DNA of 64,000 nucleotides. Source: Candidatus Taenariivivens baikalensis. Lineage in GTDB: Bacteria > Omnitrophota > Omnitrophia > Omnitrophales > Aquincolibacteriaceae. Where the stretch lies: positions 64,063-128,062 of the forward strand of contig SICL01000002.1 in the NCBI GenBank assembly GCA_009691445.1, read 5' to 3'. Positions 34,827-43,834 of the stretch are shown here, piece after piece. The notes beneath the pieces were generated by a model that saw only the letters and a list, made by a program, of their open reading frames with translations, had not been told where the DNA came from and ran no database searches. Numbering within the stretch: position 1 is the first letter of the stretch; each line of letters starts with the position of its first letter. Position numbers and translations under genes: made by a program.

Positions 34827-36009
34827 ATTTATAGAAAAATTTCTTTTTGGAAAGATATTGATAATCGGATGACGTCTTCGTATTTCCATCCACATAAAAT
34901 GTTTCGTTTAAAAAGCGAGCTCGCTTCCCCTGTTCATCAAACACCCGGTAGTAACGAGCACTTTTAATCCCATCTTCATAACGAAGATCATGGTCCGTCT
35001 TGACCTTGCCGCTTAGATAAAAGTTTTTGATACGATGCTCCTTGAGCTTAAAGGCGCTGTCGTAATCGAAAATTTCCCGGACAAGAACATGGTTTTGAGC
35101 ATCCCGGTCCTGAGTTTCCACCACCGCGAAATCTTCCCGGATGGTTTTAAGGATGAACAAACGGTTCTGGATCTTCCCCGCTTCCCGGGCCTGATTGAAA
35201 GTCATGACCGCTTCCCAATGAGAACTATTCTTGTTTTCTTTCTTTTCTTCAAAATTTAAATCCGCATAATCGGGTAGATCATTCTCGTAGTGTCGTTCAA
35301 TAGCGCCCCGTAAATGTTCGTTAAGCTCTTCGCTTTCTATCGCTTCGCGGACTTTTTTGGTCCGGGCCGCAAATTCAGTTAAGGTTGTTTTCGCCTGGCT
35401 TAAGCCGGCAAGATAAGTTTCATCCTTGATTTCTTTTGTCCGTTCCAGGGAAGCTGCCTTATTCATCAAAGTTTTTATGCTTTCCAGCGTGTCGATGTAA
35501 CCATCCAGATAATCCTGCGAAGGAGTAAAAGGCCCGAGCACATAACCGATATAGGTTACACAAAGCATTTTTTGATCTTCAAGATTGAGCGAAACCTGAT
35601 TTCCGTAAGAATGAGCGACGATGCTGTCTTTTTGGAAAAGCAAGGATTCATGCCCGGAGATTTTAATCTCTCCTTTATCGCTCAGCTTGGGATCAAAATG
35701 CAGATCACGGAAAGATATTCCGGAAGTCGTTTTGATTTCCCGATCGGCATCCGCTTTCTGGAGGGTAGATCCCGGAGCTAGACTCTGTGCAGGGATTATT
35801 TCTTTTTTGGGAGATTGGATTTGATCCTGCGCGTCTTCTGAAGAAATGACGGTCGAGGAAGCCCGGGGATCTTTGGAATAATAGTTGCGAAAAACAGGGC
35901 CTGCTTCTTTCGCGATTGAAATGCCCTGCATCAAAATGAAAATGATCCCCCCCGTCAGAAGGAAGGTTTTTTTATTGAGCAATTTATCTGGAAATAGTCT
36001 GCCTAGCAT
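34765..36009 (-). CDS. Secreted hypothetical protein with C-terminal MORN/YwqK-like repeats
   Basis: Signal peptide (…LLTGGIIFILMQGISIA). The C-terminal repeats are Y/F-x-x-G rich (…FYLSGKVKTDHDLRYEDGIKSARYYRVFDEQGKRARFLNETFYVDGN…). Its 3' end overlaps the convergent GT-C gene by 62 nt. Confidence 0.55.
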   Translation of the reverse strand: MLGRLFPDKLLNKKTFLLTGGIIFILMQGISIAKEAGPVFRNYYSKDPRASSTVISSEDAQDQIQSPKKEIIPAQSLAPGSTLQKADADREIKTTSGISFRDLHFDPKLSDKGEIKISGHESLLFQKDSIVAHSYGNQVSLNLEDQKMLCVTYIGYVLGPFTPSQDYLDGYIDTLESIKTLMNKAASLERTKEIKDETYLAGLSQAKTTLTEFAARTKKVREAIESEELNEHLRGAIERHYENDLPDYADLNFEEKKENKNSSHWEAVMTFNQAREAGKIQNRLFILKTIREDFAVVETQDRDAQNHVLVREIFDYDSAFKLKEHRIKNFYLSGKVKTDHDLRYEDGIKSARYYRVFDEQGKRARFLNETFYVDGNTKTSSDYQYLSKKKFFYKFNSDGRVTHSSTEPLALNPS

Positions 36010-36138
36010 TTTCTTCTCACCTAAGAGAAATGTAGCAGATACTTCTGTCTTTTACAAACTAGGGCGATCAACTAGCAGCTTATAGCACGGATTTTAATCA
36101 ATAGACGGCTTTATCTATCTTCTCATAACTTCAAGCAT

Positions 36139-36198
36139 AAAAAAGGGACAGGCTGCTTTTTTAAGTAAAATGGCAAAAAAGTAGCCTGTCCCCTTTTT
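36139..36198. terminator. Bidirectional rho-independent terminator candidate (10-bp GC stem gggacaggct/agcctgtccc flanked by A6 and T5)
   Basis: Read directly from the sequence. The loop is large (28 nt). It lies downstream of the minus-strand 309-aa ORF. Confidence 0.4.
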
Positions 36199-36204
36199 AG
36201 GTAA

Positions 36205-37134
36205 TTACGCATTCACCTCAATCGTCTTCTGGGCAAAGATTTGATTGAGCCGCACAGAGATAGCGCTCAAAGCTCGGTTATTCATTTCAAGAAATCCGGC
36301 CTGAAGATTCGGACGCAAGGCATCTGGAATGATCCGATTAAGGAGATCCCATCCACGGTTAAATTTGACACGGATCTTGGAACTTAGAAGACCGGCAAAG
36401 AGACGCCCAGCTTCAAGCTCAACCGCTTGTCCGATATGACTCTCAATCCTGGTTGCCGCAACTTGGTCTTGAACCGCTTCAAGTAAAGCACCTTCAGATA
36501 AAATAATCACGTCCTGAGGCGAATCCACAAATTTCGTCAGTCCATTAGCGTTCTGGTTCGCGGCCTTAGCAAGATCGCCCTTTTCCAATGCACTGATCAG
36601 CAGACGGTCAAATATTGGACTTCCCTTTATGTCTTTAGCATTCAAATAGGGCCCCGTCAGCATCTTTAACTGAGATTCGGAAACTCCCTTCATCAGAACA
36701 TTGACGTGAGCGCCTATATTCGCCGTCATATAAACCATGAGCAAAAGCATTTCAGCCTCGGAGAGAAGTCTTGCCGAAGGAATCACCAGAGCGCTTGGCT
36801 CGTCACTCGGCGTAAGGAAAGAAGCAAGAAAGCGATGACCATCGCTCTGGGCCGCAAGAGCTCTAAGTTTCTGAAAAGCTCTCAAGACCGGCGCACCCTG
36901 AATCATGGCTTCCTGAAGTTCGCTGACAGCGTTTCGAATTTCATCCAAGGTTACTCCCTCTTTGAAAGTACCAATCGCAACCGCAGCTTCTGTTCCGGAT
37001 GTCACAGGTTTTTGATCTGATAATTCTACCAACTTCGGTAAACGGGCCACTATACAATGACATTGAAGGTTATATCTTAAGCCAGACCTTGGAAGTCCGT
37101 TCTTATGACGTGGAAAGGATAACGGGGGTTTCAA
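36205..37134 (-). CDS. Hypothetical protein (309 aa)
   Basis: A long open frame with no recognisable motifs, followed by the terminator hairpin above. Its 5' 136 nt overlap the SIMPL fragment on the opposite strand. The true start may be the internal GTG (VTSGTE…) or the Met (MIQGAPV…). Confidence 0.45.
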   Translation of the reverse strand: MKPPLSFPRHKNGLPRSGLRYNLQCHCIVARLPKLVELSDQKPVTSGTEAAVAIGTFKEGVTLDEIRNAVSELQEAMIQGAPVLRAFQKLRALAAQSDGHRFLASFLTPSDEPSALVIPSARLLSEAEMLLLMVYMTANIGAHVNVLMKGVSESQLKMLTGPYLNAKDIKGSPIFDRLLISALEKGDLAKAANQNANGLTKFVDSPQDVIILSEGALLEAVQDQVAATRIESHIGQAVELEAGRLFAGLLSSKIRVKFNRGWDLLNRIIPDALRPNLQAGFLEMNNRALSAISVRLNQIFAQKTIEVNA

Positions 37135-37445
37135 GGCAGGCTGCGGAGCTTATCAATCAGGGAATTGAAGTGATCTCAAACGCTCCGGAGTATTTCTATA
37201 CAAAACTTCCTGAACTCAAATACGACCTTCTATCGGTAGCTACGAAGGATGCCAAAATACGAGCCGAACAAATGGCATCGTCTGCGGGAAATAAGATCGG
37301 GGCCATCCGATCAGCACGAATGGGGGTATTCCAAATCACTCCCCTCAATACCTATGATGTCTCGGATTGGGGAATGAACGACACCACGTCACTTGAGAAG
37401 AAAGCAAATGCCGTAGTCAAAGTTGATTTCGCTATTGCCGCTTAA
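36999..37445 (+). pseudogene. SIMPL (DUF541; YggE/BP26-like) domain protein, 5'-truncated fragment
   Basis: …GYILSQTLEVRSYDVERITGV…AKIRAEQMASSAGNKIGAIRSARMGVFQITP…AVVKVDFAIAA matches the C-terminal two-thirds of SIMPL proteins. An in-frame TGA lies at 36963-36965. The signal peptide and first beta-region are absent in all three upstream frames. Confidence 0.45.
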
Positions 37446-37653
37446 CCTATCGCATTGCTTGCCATTTTTATAGTTATAGAGCTCATCATCAAATGCCAAG
37501 TTTACTGTCCCTATTTTTCCGGTTTTAGTGTCCCAATTTTTCCGCTTCTCATATCGGGTAAAAAAATCATTCCAAGGCAAAAAAGTTATAACTATAGGAA
37601 AATAAAAGGCCTGCAGGATTTTCATCATGCAAGCCTTTGGGGTAAAAAAAGAG

Positions 37654-37730
37654 TGGCGGGCTCGACGGGACTTGAACCCGCAACATCAGGATCGACAATC
37701 CTGTACTCTAACCAGTTGAGCTACGAGCCC
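37654..37730 (-). tRNA. tRNA-Asp (anticodon GTC), CCA encoded
   Basis: Hand-folded: GGGCTCG acceptor, anticodon loop TTGTCGA, TTCAAGT T-loop, and CCA at the 3' end. Confidence 0.85.
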
Positions 37731-37810
37731 TTGAAGAGGTCGGTATTGTACTCAGAGAAACTTGTTATCTCAAGAAAAATATCTTCTAATATAAAAACAT
37801 GGGCGTTGTA

Positions 37811-37855
37811 AGATTCTCCGCCGGAGGCGGATCCGCCTTTGGCGGAGAACTCTTG
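37811..37855. repeat. Short palindromic repeat fragment related to the family B core (ttctccgccggaggcggatccgcctttggcggagaa)
   Basis: It resembles ccgccagaggacggatccgtcc from the family B copies. It lies between tRNA-Asp and tRNA-Val. Confidence 0.4.
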
Positions 37856-37882
37856 ACCCACTGCGTGTAAAGGAAAAAAATT

Positions 37883-37956
37883 TGGGCGTTTGAGGATTTG
37901 AACCCCAGACCCTCTCCGTGTAAAGGAGATGCTCTAACCAGCTGAGCTAAACGCCC
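37883..37956 (-). tRNA. tRNA-Val (anticodon TAC)
   Basis: Hand-folded: GGGCGTT acceptor, anticodon loop TTTACAC, TTCAAAT T-loop. It is 74 nt. Confidence 0.8.
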
Positions 37957-38045
37957 TAATTCTTGATTGCTCTAACCCCCGCCAGAATTCGTGGCGGGTC
38001 CGCCATGACTTCTGGGGGAAACTGAGCTAAACGCCCTGAGCACAA

Positions 38046-39098
38046 TTAATCCTGATTAATAGCATGAATCAAGGTATTCAACCGGGAAAAATGCCTGCGG
38101 TTAAAATTAAAGACAAGCCGGGTCAGATCATGCGTGTGCGGCTCATCGTCTTCCTCAGGGAAAGGATGAGTCACTTGCGTGATGCTTCCCTTTTTGAGCA
38201 GGTCCTTGAAATCCCGGTTAATTTTTTGAAGGCGGAGTTTCGAAATCGGATGCTTCAGCCTCATCACAAAATTATCCCCCACGTAACGGCAGGAATGATA
38301 ATTCCGGTAAAACCGGGCCACAAAATCTGCCGCTTCATCCACATTATGCGTAAAAAAGATGAGCTTCATATCTTCACGGTCAATTAACTTTTTGGCCGCG
38401 AGTTCGGTTTCAAGATAACGTTTCCACATGGACCAGTATTTACTGCCCGGAGGATCAATACAGACAATGGGCCGCGGCGTGGTCTTGCCCGTCTGGACCA
38501 GCGTGAGCGTTTCAAAACCTTCATCATGAGTCCCGAATCCTCCCGGAAAAAGCGCCGTGGAATCGGATTCACTCATAAAAATCAATTTGCGTGTAAAGAA
38601 ATATTTGAAATCAATCAGCTTCTGGTCATCCAGAATGGTTTCATTGGCGGCTTGTTCAAAGGGAAGTTTGATATTCACCCCAAAACTGTTTTCGCGCCCC
38701 GCGCCTTCATTACCCGCGCTCATAATGCCTGAAGCAGCTCCGGTGATCACCATCCATCCTTTATCCACAATCTTTTTAGCAAAGTCCTTGGCCTGCTTAT
38801 ACGCTTTGTCTTCCGGCGGAATTCTTGCGGATCCGAAAATAGCGATTTTGCGCACATGCTTATAAGGATGAAAAATCTTGAACGCGTAACGAAGCTCTTT
38901 CAGCGCAATCGTCAGGAGACGGACATCTCCCCGGTCAATCTCATCACTTTTGAGTTTAACAGCCGTAATGATAATATCTTCCAGAAGCCTGTCATAAATT
39001 GCGGAGCCACCGGCCTGCTCCAAAAGTTTTCTGATCATCTGGTCCAGGGCAGGCAGTCCGGTCGAATAATGATGATGGTGATGCGTTTTCTTTTTCAT
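38046..39098 (-). CDS. LOG-family (TIGR00730, lysine-decarboxylase-like) nucleotide-binding protein with His5 N-terminus and C-terminal extension
   Basis: IAIFGSARIPPEDKAY…ITGAASGIM…PGGFGTHDEGFE (the PGGxGTxxE LOG motif). The N-terminus is MKKKTHHHHHY. A ~120-aa C-terminal extension follows. Confidence 0.8.
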   Translation of the reverse strand: MKKKTHHHHHYSTGLPALDQMIRKLLEQAGGSAIYDRLLEDIIITAVKLKSDEIDRGDVRLLTIALKELRYAFKIFHPYKHVRKIAIFGSARIPPEDKAYKQAKDFAKKIVDKGWMVITGAASGIMSAGNEGAGRENSFGVNIKLPFEQAANETILDDQKLIDFKYFFTRKLIFMSESDSTALFPGGFGTHDEGFETLTLVQTGKTTPRPIVCIDPPGSKYWSMWKRYLETELAAKKLIDREDMKLIFFTHNVDEAADFVARFYRNYHSCRYVGDNFVMRLKHPISKLRLQKINRDFKDLLKKGSITQVTHPFPEEDDEPHTHDLTRLVFNFNRRHFSRLNTLIHAINQD

Positions 39099-39163
39099 AA
39101 ACTCCTGATACGTCGTTCGTTAAGTGCAGGGATAATTTAAAATTGCTTCGCGGAATTTATCCC

Positions 39164-39232
39164 GAGATTCTTCGCTCCGCTCAAAATGACATCCGCAGGA
39201 CTCGCAATGACGTCATTATGAAAAGTCCTGAA
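39164..39232. repeat. MITE-like element, family A copy (gagattcttcgctccgctcaaaatgac … ggactcgcaatgacgtcattatgaaaagtcc)
   Basis: It shares the left half of the 29636 palindrome and the caatgacgtcatt core. Confidence 0.55.
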
Positions 39233-39279
39233 GGGCGATTACACAATCTCTCTAACGCTTGAATATGGCGAACAGTGCA

Positions 39280-40011
39280 CTAACTTGATTTAATGCGCAA
39301 GATCAAATCTCCCTCATGATGACAAGAACCGCAAATTCTCCCCTGCCGGGCGAGCCGGAGCATCTGACCTTCCCGGATATTCGGCGGAATATTCACCGCT
39401 ATTGTTTTACCTTCTGGAGTCTTAAAATTGACCTTTCCGCCCTGCTTGGCCTTTTCCTCAGAGATCTTAAGATTGACTATGATATCGGCCTCGCGCTCCG
39501 GCGCATGAACATTTTCTTCCGCATCATTAGACGATGAAGAAAAACCATAGGGAACGCCGCGGTTGGAACGGGAACTTTGATTTTGATAATTCGCTCCGCC
39601 TGCACCTCGTCCACCGGAGAAAAGATCTTCAAAAATATCATTAAAAGCAGAATACTGATTCCCGCCACGGGATGCGGACGATGAAGATCCGCGGCCCGAT
39701 CCCCCAAACTGTTTCAACAGGTCCTCATAGCTGAATCCCCGCGAACCGGCAAAATTGGACGCGCTACCACCCGCGCCCGGCGTGTTGAAACCGTATTTGC
39801 GCATCTGGTCATACTCGTCTCTGCGTTTCGTGTCTCCAAGCACATAATAGGCCTCAGAGAGTTCTTTGAATTTGGCTTCGGACTGCTTAGAGCCTTTGTT
39901 CTTGTCCGGATGATGCTTGATGGCAAGCTTGCGGTAAATCTTTTTGATTTCTTCTTCGGAAGCTGTTTCCGAAACCCCGAGCACTGCGTAATAATCTTTG
40001 TTTTTCATCAT
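39280..40011 (-). CDS. J-domain protein (DnaJ/CbpA-like, short)
   Basis: [36 protein letters not shown] places the HPD motif in an N-terminal J domain. A G/S-rich linker follows. The protein is 243 aa. Confidence 0.8.
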   Translation of the reverse strand: MMKNKDYYAVLGVSETASEEEIKKIYRKLAIKHHPDKNKGSKQSEAKFKELSEAYYVLGDTKRRDEYDQMRKYGFNTPGAGGSASNFAGSRGFSYEDLLKQFGGSGRGSSSSASRGGNQYSAFNDIFEDLFSGGRGAGGANYQNQSSRSNRGVPYGFSSSSNDAEENVHAPEREADIIVNLKISEEKAKQGGKVNFKTPEGKTIAVNIPPNIREGQMLRLARQGRICGSCHHEGDLILRIKSS

Positions 40012-40140
40012 TCACCCACTAAAATAATTTACGATTAACTTGAGTGAATTATAGCAACAAAATGAAACCTCGTGGAGATTTCTCTAAACTTAGTGGGCAG
40101 AGGACAGGGCTCTATATCATTGCAGGATTTTAAAAAAAAA

Positions 40141-40213
40141 TCGGGGTGACAGGAATTGAACCTGCGACATCCTGCTCCCAAAGCAGGCGCTCTAGCCCCT
40201 GAGCTACACCCCG
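40141..40213 (-). tRNA. tRNA-Pro (anticodon TGG)
   Basis: Hand-folded: CGGGGTG acceptor, anticodon loop TTTGGGA, TTCAATT T-loop. A T9 run follows the 3' end. Confidence 0.85.
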
Positions 40214-40225
40214 TTAGAGGGTGTA

Positions 40226-40471
40226 TTAAAGCCGAAAAAGTCTTAAAATGGAAGAAGCATTTCCGAGGGAAATTCCAGTAGAGTAGAAGGAAGTGCTTCC
40301 ATCCGAAACACGCTCAGCCACCGAATCGATTAGGTTCTCGTGTCCGATATTGTCAAAGTATCCTTCAACATCCGCTTCCACAATCCACTCTCCACCCTGA
40401 CTCACACTCATCATGATGTCTCCCATCGCTTGATGGTCACAGAGCACCAAGCTCCCAATAAAAATCACCAT
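40226..40471 (-). pseudogene. Reverse-transcriptase fragment (group II intron-type RT domains 2-2a), relic
   Basis: …CDHQAMGDIMMSVSQGGEWIVEADVEGYFDNIGHENLIDSVAERVSDG… matches …SAHHALKQIKEQF…KWFVEGDIKGCFDNIDHHTLI… of group II intron maturases/RTs. Only about 55 aa of homology remain. Stops flank both sides. It ends 12 nt from tRNA-Pro. Confidence 0.5.
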
Positions 40472-40538
40472 CCGATTTTCAAATCAAGTTTAGGAGTTCG
40501 GTTTTTAAATTTGGAACTTGTTTGGTATTTGAAAATTA

Positions 40539-41621
40539 TCAGAAGATGCTTCTCTCTTTGTGGACACTCAAAATCAGTCCCATTGCAAAGGTGCTTGCCA
40601 CGAGCGAAGAACCTCCGTAACTTACGAATGGCAAAGTAATTCCAGTGATCGGCATAATGCCAAAGGTCATCCCAATATTAATGAAAAGCTGGGAAATTGT
40701 GACCGCTGCAATTCCCGCAATGAGCAACCGCGCTTTGATATCCGTGGTTGCTTCCATAATCTGAAACATCGCCCGGAAAAGAAAGGCATAACAAACAAGC
40801 AAAATAAGCGATCCAAAAAAACCCCACTCCTCCCCGAGCACGCAAAAAATAAAATCCGTATGATGCTCGGGCACAAACTGAAGCTGGCTCTGGGTTCCAG
40901 CCATATAACCTTTTCCGAACAGACCGCCTGAACCCACAGCAATCTTGGCTTGAATCGCGGTATAGCCCGCCCCCAGAGGGTCCTGGTTCGGATCCAGGAA
41001 AACAAGGATACGTTTTTTTTGGTATGGTTTTAGAAATTTCCAGAGAAGCGGAGCCGCTACTCCGCCAATAGCTGTGGCATAAATAAAATAGCGTTTTCGG
41101 ATGCCCCAAAGAAAAAAAAGCACACCGATCATGGGCATAAAAAGCAGAGAGCTTCCCAGGTCCGGCTGTTTAACGATCATCGCCAGCGGAATAAAGACAA
41201 TGATCAGGGCGATGATAATCGTTCCTAACTGCCCTTCACGAGGGCTTCTCTCCCCCAAAAAATTAGCCAAAGCAATGACCGTGGCCAGCTTTGCAAACTC
41301 GGAGGGCTGAAGTGCAAAAGGTCCGAGCGCGATCCAGCGTTGGGCTCCAAGACGGTGGGCTCCCGCAATGTCCACCCAAAGCAGCATTACCAACACGACG
41401 AAATAAAATACCGGCCCCAAACTCAGAAACGTGCGATACCCAAACATTGGCACCATCAAAAGAACGGCGAGACCCACTCCGGTCCAAAAAAGCTGGCGAG
41501 TAATATAAGACGTGGTGTCATAATGCGAAGCGCTGTGGATGAAAACCGTGCCGATACCGATCAAACCGGCCATCGCAAAAATGAGCGGCCAGTGAAGCTG
41601 CTTAAACCATCTGAGGAGCAT
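40539..41621 (-). CDS. rodA: Peptidoglycan glycosyltransferase RodA (SEDS family)
   Basis: A 360-aa polytopic FtsW/RodA/SpoVE family protein immediately downstream of mrdA. Confidence 0.88.
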   Translation of the reverse strand: MLLRWFKQLHWPLIFAMAGLIGIGTVFIHSASHYDTTSYITRQLFWTGVGLAVLLMVPMFGYRTFLSLGPVFYFVVLVMLLWVDIAGAHRLGAQRWIALGPFALQPSEFAKLATVIALANFLGERSPREGQLGTIIIALIIVFIPLAMIVKQPDLGSSLLFMPMIGVLFFLWGIRKRYFIYATAIGGVAAPLLWKFLKPYQKKRILVFLDPNQDPLGAGYTAIQAKIAVGSGGLFGKGYMAGTQSQLQFVPEHHTDFIFCVLGEEWGFFGSLILLVCYAFLFRAMFQIMEATTDIKARLLIAGIAAVTISQLFINIGMTFGIMPITGITLPFVSYGGSSLVASTFAMGLILSVHKERSIF

Positions 41622-43317
41622 ACATATCCCTCCAGACTTTTAGCATGTCTTTGACAATCCGGGCAGCGGTAATTCCCCCCGACCCCCCGTGCTCCACAAA
41701 AACGACAAAAGCAATCTTCGGAGCGTTATAAGGAAAAAATCCGGTCATCCAGCTATGGGCTTTGTTTGGCGGCGCCTGAGCCGTTCCAGTTTTAGCCGCA
41801 AGCTGCGTGAAATCCACACGCGCAAGCTGCCCGGTTCCATAAGGAGATTCCACAACATGAAGCATACCTCGTTTGATCACCTTGATATTTTCTTCGCGGA
41901 TTTCCACACGGTCCTCCACCCTCTCTGGATTTTCTTCCACAACAAAGCGAGGTTCCACGTGTTGGCCATTTTTTGCAATAATGGAAACAAGCCGAAGGAT
42001 TTGCAGCGGCGTGGTTAGCAGATACCCCTGGCCGATTCCAAAGGTCAGGGTTTCACCCTGATACCATTTGGCTTTTATTTTCTTTGTTTTCCAGGCAGAG
42101 TCGGGCACCAGGCCCGGAGAAATATTGGTCGCATCGAGCTTCATTTTTTCTCCCAGCCCAAGCTCACGGGCATAGCGGGCAATATCTTCCGGAGAAAGCC
42201 GGGACGCCACATTATAGAAATAGACGTTGCAGGAACGTTCCAGGGCTTCATAAAGATTTAAACTGCCGTGTCCCTGATGGTTCCAGCAATGAAACGGACG
42301 GGATCCGGAATTTAAACGAAACGATCCATTACAAACAAACCGCGTGTTGGGCGTTATCTTTCCGGTCTCAAGCCCCGCGATCGCCGTCACCAATTTAAAG
42401 ACTGAACCCGGAGGATAGGCTGAGCTTATCCCCCGGTCCATCAGAGGCGCTTCCTCATCCTTAAGAAGATGAGCGCGATCCTTGGCTCGACCTGGCTGAA
42501 CAAACGCATTAGGATCAAACGCCGGTCGACTGGCCATTGCCATAAGATTTTGGGAATCAAGATCTAAAACCGCGACGGAAGCATGATCCCCCTTGATGAT
42601 CTGCATAATCCGTTTTTGAAACTCAAGGTCAATAGTGATTGTCAGATCCTTCCCCGGCTCCGGATATTTTTCCCGAAGGACTTTGACCATTTCGCCTTTC
42701 GCATTGACCTCGACTTGCTTGCCCCCGCGCCATCCCCTGAGTTCGCCATCATAAATCTTTTCAAGTCCCGCGCGCCCAATGACGGAATTCATCCCGTAAC
42801 GCTCGCGGTCAAGTTTCTGATACTCACCTTCATTAATCTTTCCAATATAGCCAATAATATGGGAAGCGGTTTCTCCGTAAGGATAGTAGCGCATACTGGA
42901 AACACGGATCATGATCCCGGGAAGCTCGGCCCGGCGCTCTTCAATTTGAAAGGCCAGTTCTTTGGGGATATCCTCCTCCACCATCGCAGGCGCAAAACGA
43001 TATTCACGTTTACTCTTAACACGACGTCGAAGTTCAGACTCTGGAATTTTGAGAAGTTTGGAAAGTAATGGAAAAATCTGGGGTGAAATATCTTCAGGAG
43101 CCGCCACAACATCGAACGACGGCCGGTTCGTAACCAAAATATTTTTCTTACTGTCAAAAACACGCCCGCGGGGGGCTTCAAGAGGAATTAAACGAATCCT
43201 GTTTTTTTCACTGATATTCCGATACCGCTCTCCCTGAAAAACCTGCGTATAAAATAGTCCCGATGCCAAACCCATGAGTCCGAGATAGCAAGCACCAATA
43301 AAAAGACGGGTTCTCAT
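41602..43317 (-). CDS. mrdA: Penicillin-binding protein 2 (peptidoglycan D,D-transpeptidase MrdA)
   Basis: N-terminal TM helix, a dimerisation domain, the transpeptidase SxxK (…GSVFKLV…) motif and KTG motifs. The protein is 571 aa. Confidence 0.9.
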   Translation of the reverse strand: MRTRLFIGACYLGLMGLASGLFYTQVFQGERYRNISEKNRIRLIPLEAPRGRVFDSKKNILVTNRPSFDVVAAPEDISPQIFPLLSKLLKIPESELRRRVKSKREYRFAPAMVEEDIPKELAFQIEERRAELPGIMIRVSSMRYYPYGETASHIIGYIGKINEGEYQKLDRERYGMNSVIGRAGLEKIYDGELRGWRGGKQVEVNAKGEMVKVLREKYPEPGKDLTITIDLEFQKRIMQIIKGDHASVAVLDLDSQNLMAMASRPAFDPNAFVQPGRAKDRAHLLKDEEAPLMDRGISSAYPPGSVFKLVTAIAGLETGKITPNTRFVCNGSFRLNSGSRPFHCWNHQGHGSLNLYEALERSCNVYFYNVASRLSPEDIARYARELGLGEKMKLDATNISPGLVPDSAWKTKKIKAKWYQGETLTFGIGQGYLLTTPLQILRLVSIIAKNGQHVEPRFVVEENPERVEDRVEIREENIKVIKRGMLHVVESPYGTGQLARVDFTQLAAKTGTAQAPPNKAHSWMTGFFPYNAPKIAFVVFVEHGGSGGITAARIVKDMLKVWRDMYAPQMV

Positions 43318-43321
43318 ACGG

Positions 43322-43834
43322 TCAGGCGTAAGGATATCGGGAGATGTAAAAGTCCTTCTTGAACCAACGATTGGCCAAAAAGAAAAAGACCGGCATAAAG
43401 CCGGCTGTCCAGAAACTTATCCATAGGGCCATTCGCATTTGAACCCAGGAAAAAACAACGGTCTGGTTTGCGATATGCGTCAAAATTCCGACCAAAAGGA
43501 AAACGCTCTGGACAAAAATAAAAGTGCCGATCCATTTCCCCATCCAAGAGTTGGAGGAGATTTTTTGGACATACACATTCAACCCCAGAGTGGTTAGAAA
43601 AAGCGCCGCCGTCTCCACTCCAAACGGCTGAAGCGTCATCGCATCCCGGAGCAGTCCGACCATCACCGCTGCCAGCAACGTTTTACTCCAATGCCATTCA
43701 AAAGCAACGTAAACCACAAATAAATAAAGAGCAACAGGACGCACCGTTCCCAACAAAGAAGGAAAAATACTCAGATCCAAAACTAAAAGAAAGATCAAAA
43801 AAGCGGCTACTTTTGCCGAGAGGAGCCGAGGCAT
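43322..43834 (-). CDS. mreD: Rod shape-determining protein MreD
   Basis: A 170-aa polytopic protein between mreC and mrdA. Confidence 0.75.
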   Translation of the reverse strand: MPRLLSAKVAAFLIFLLVLDLSIFPSLLGTVRPVALYLFVVYVAFEWHWSKTLLAAVMVGLLRDAMTLQPFGVETAALFLTTLGLNVYVQKISSNSWMGKWIGTFIFVQSVFLLVGILTHIANQTVVFSWVQMRMALWISFWTAGFMPVFFFLANRWFKKDFYISRYPYA

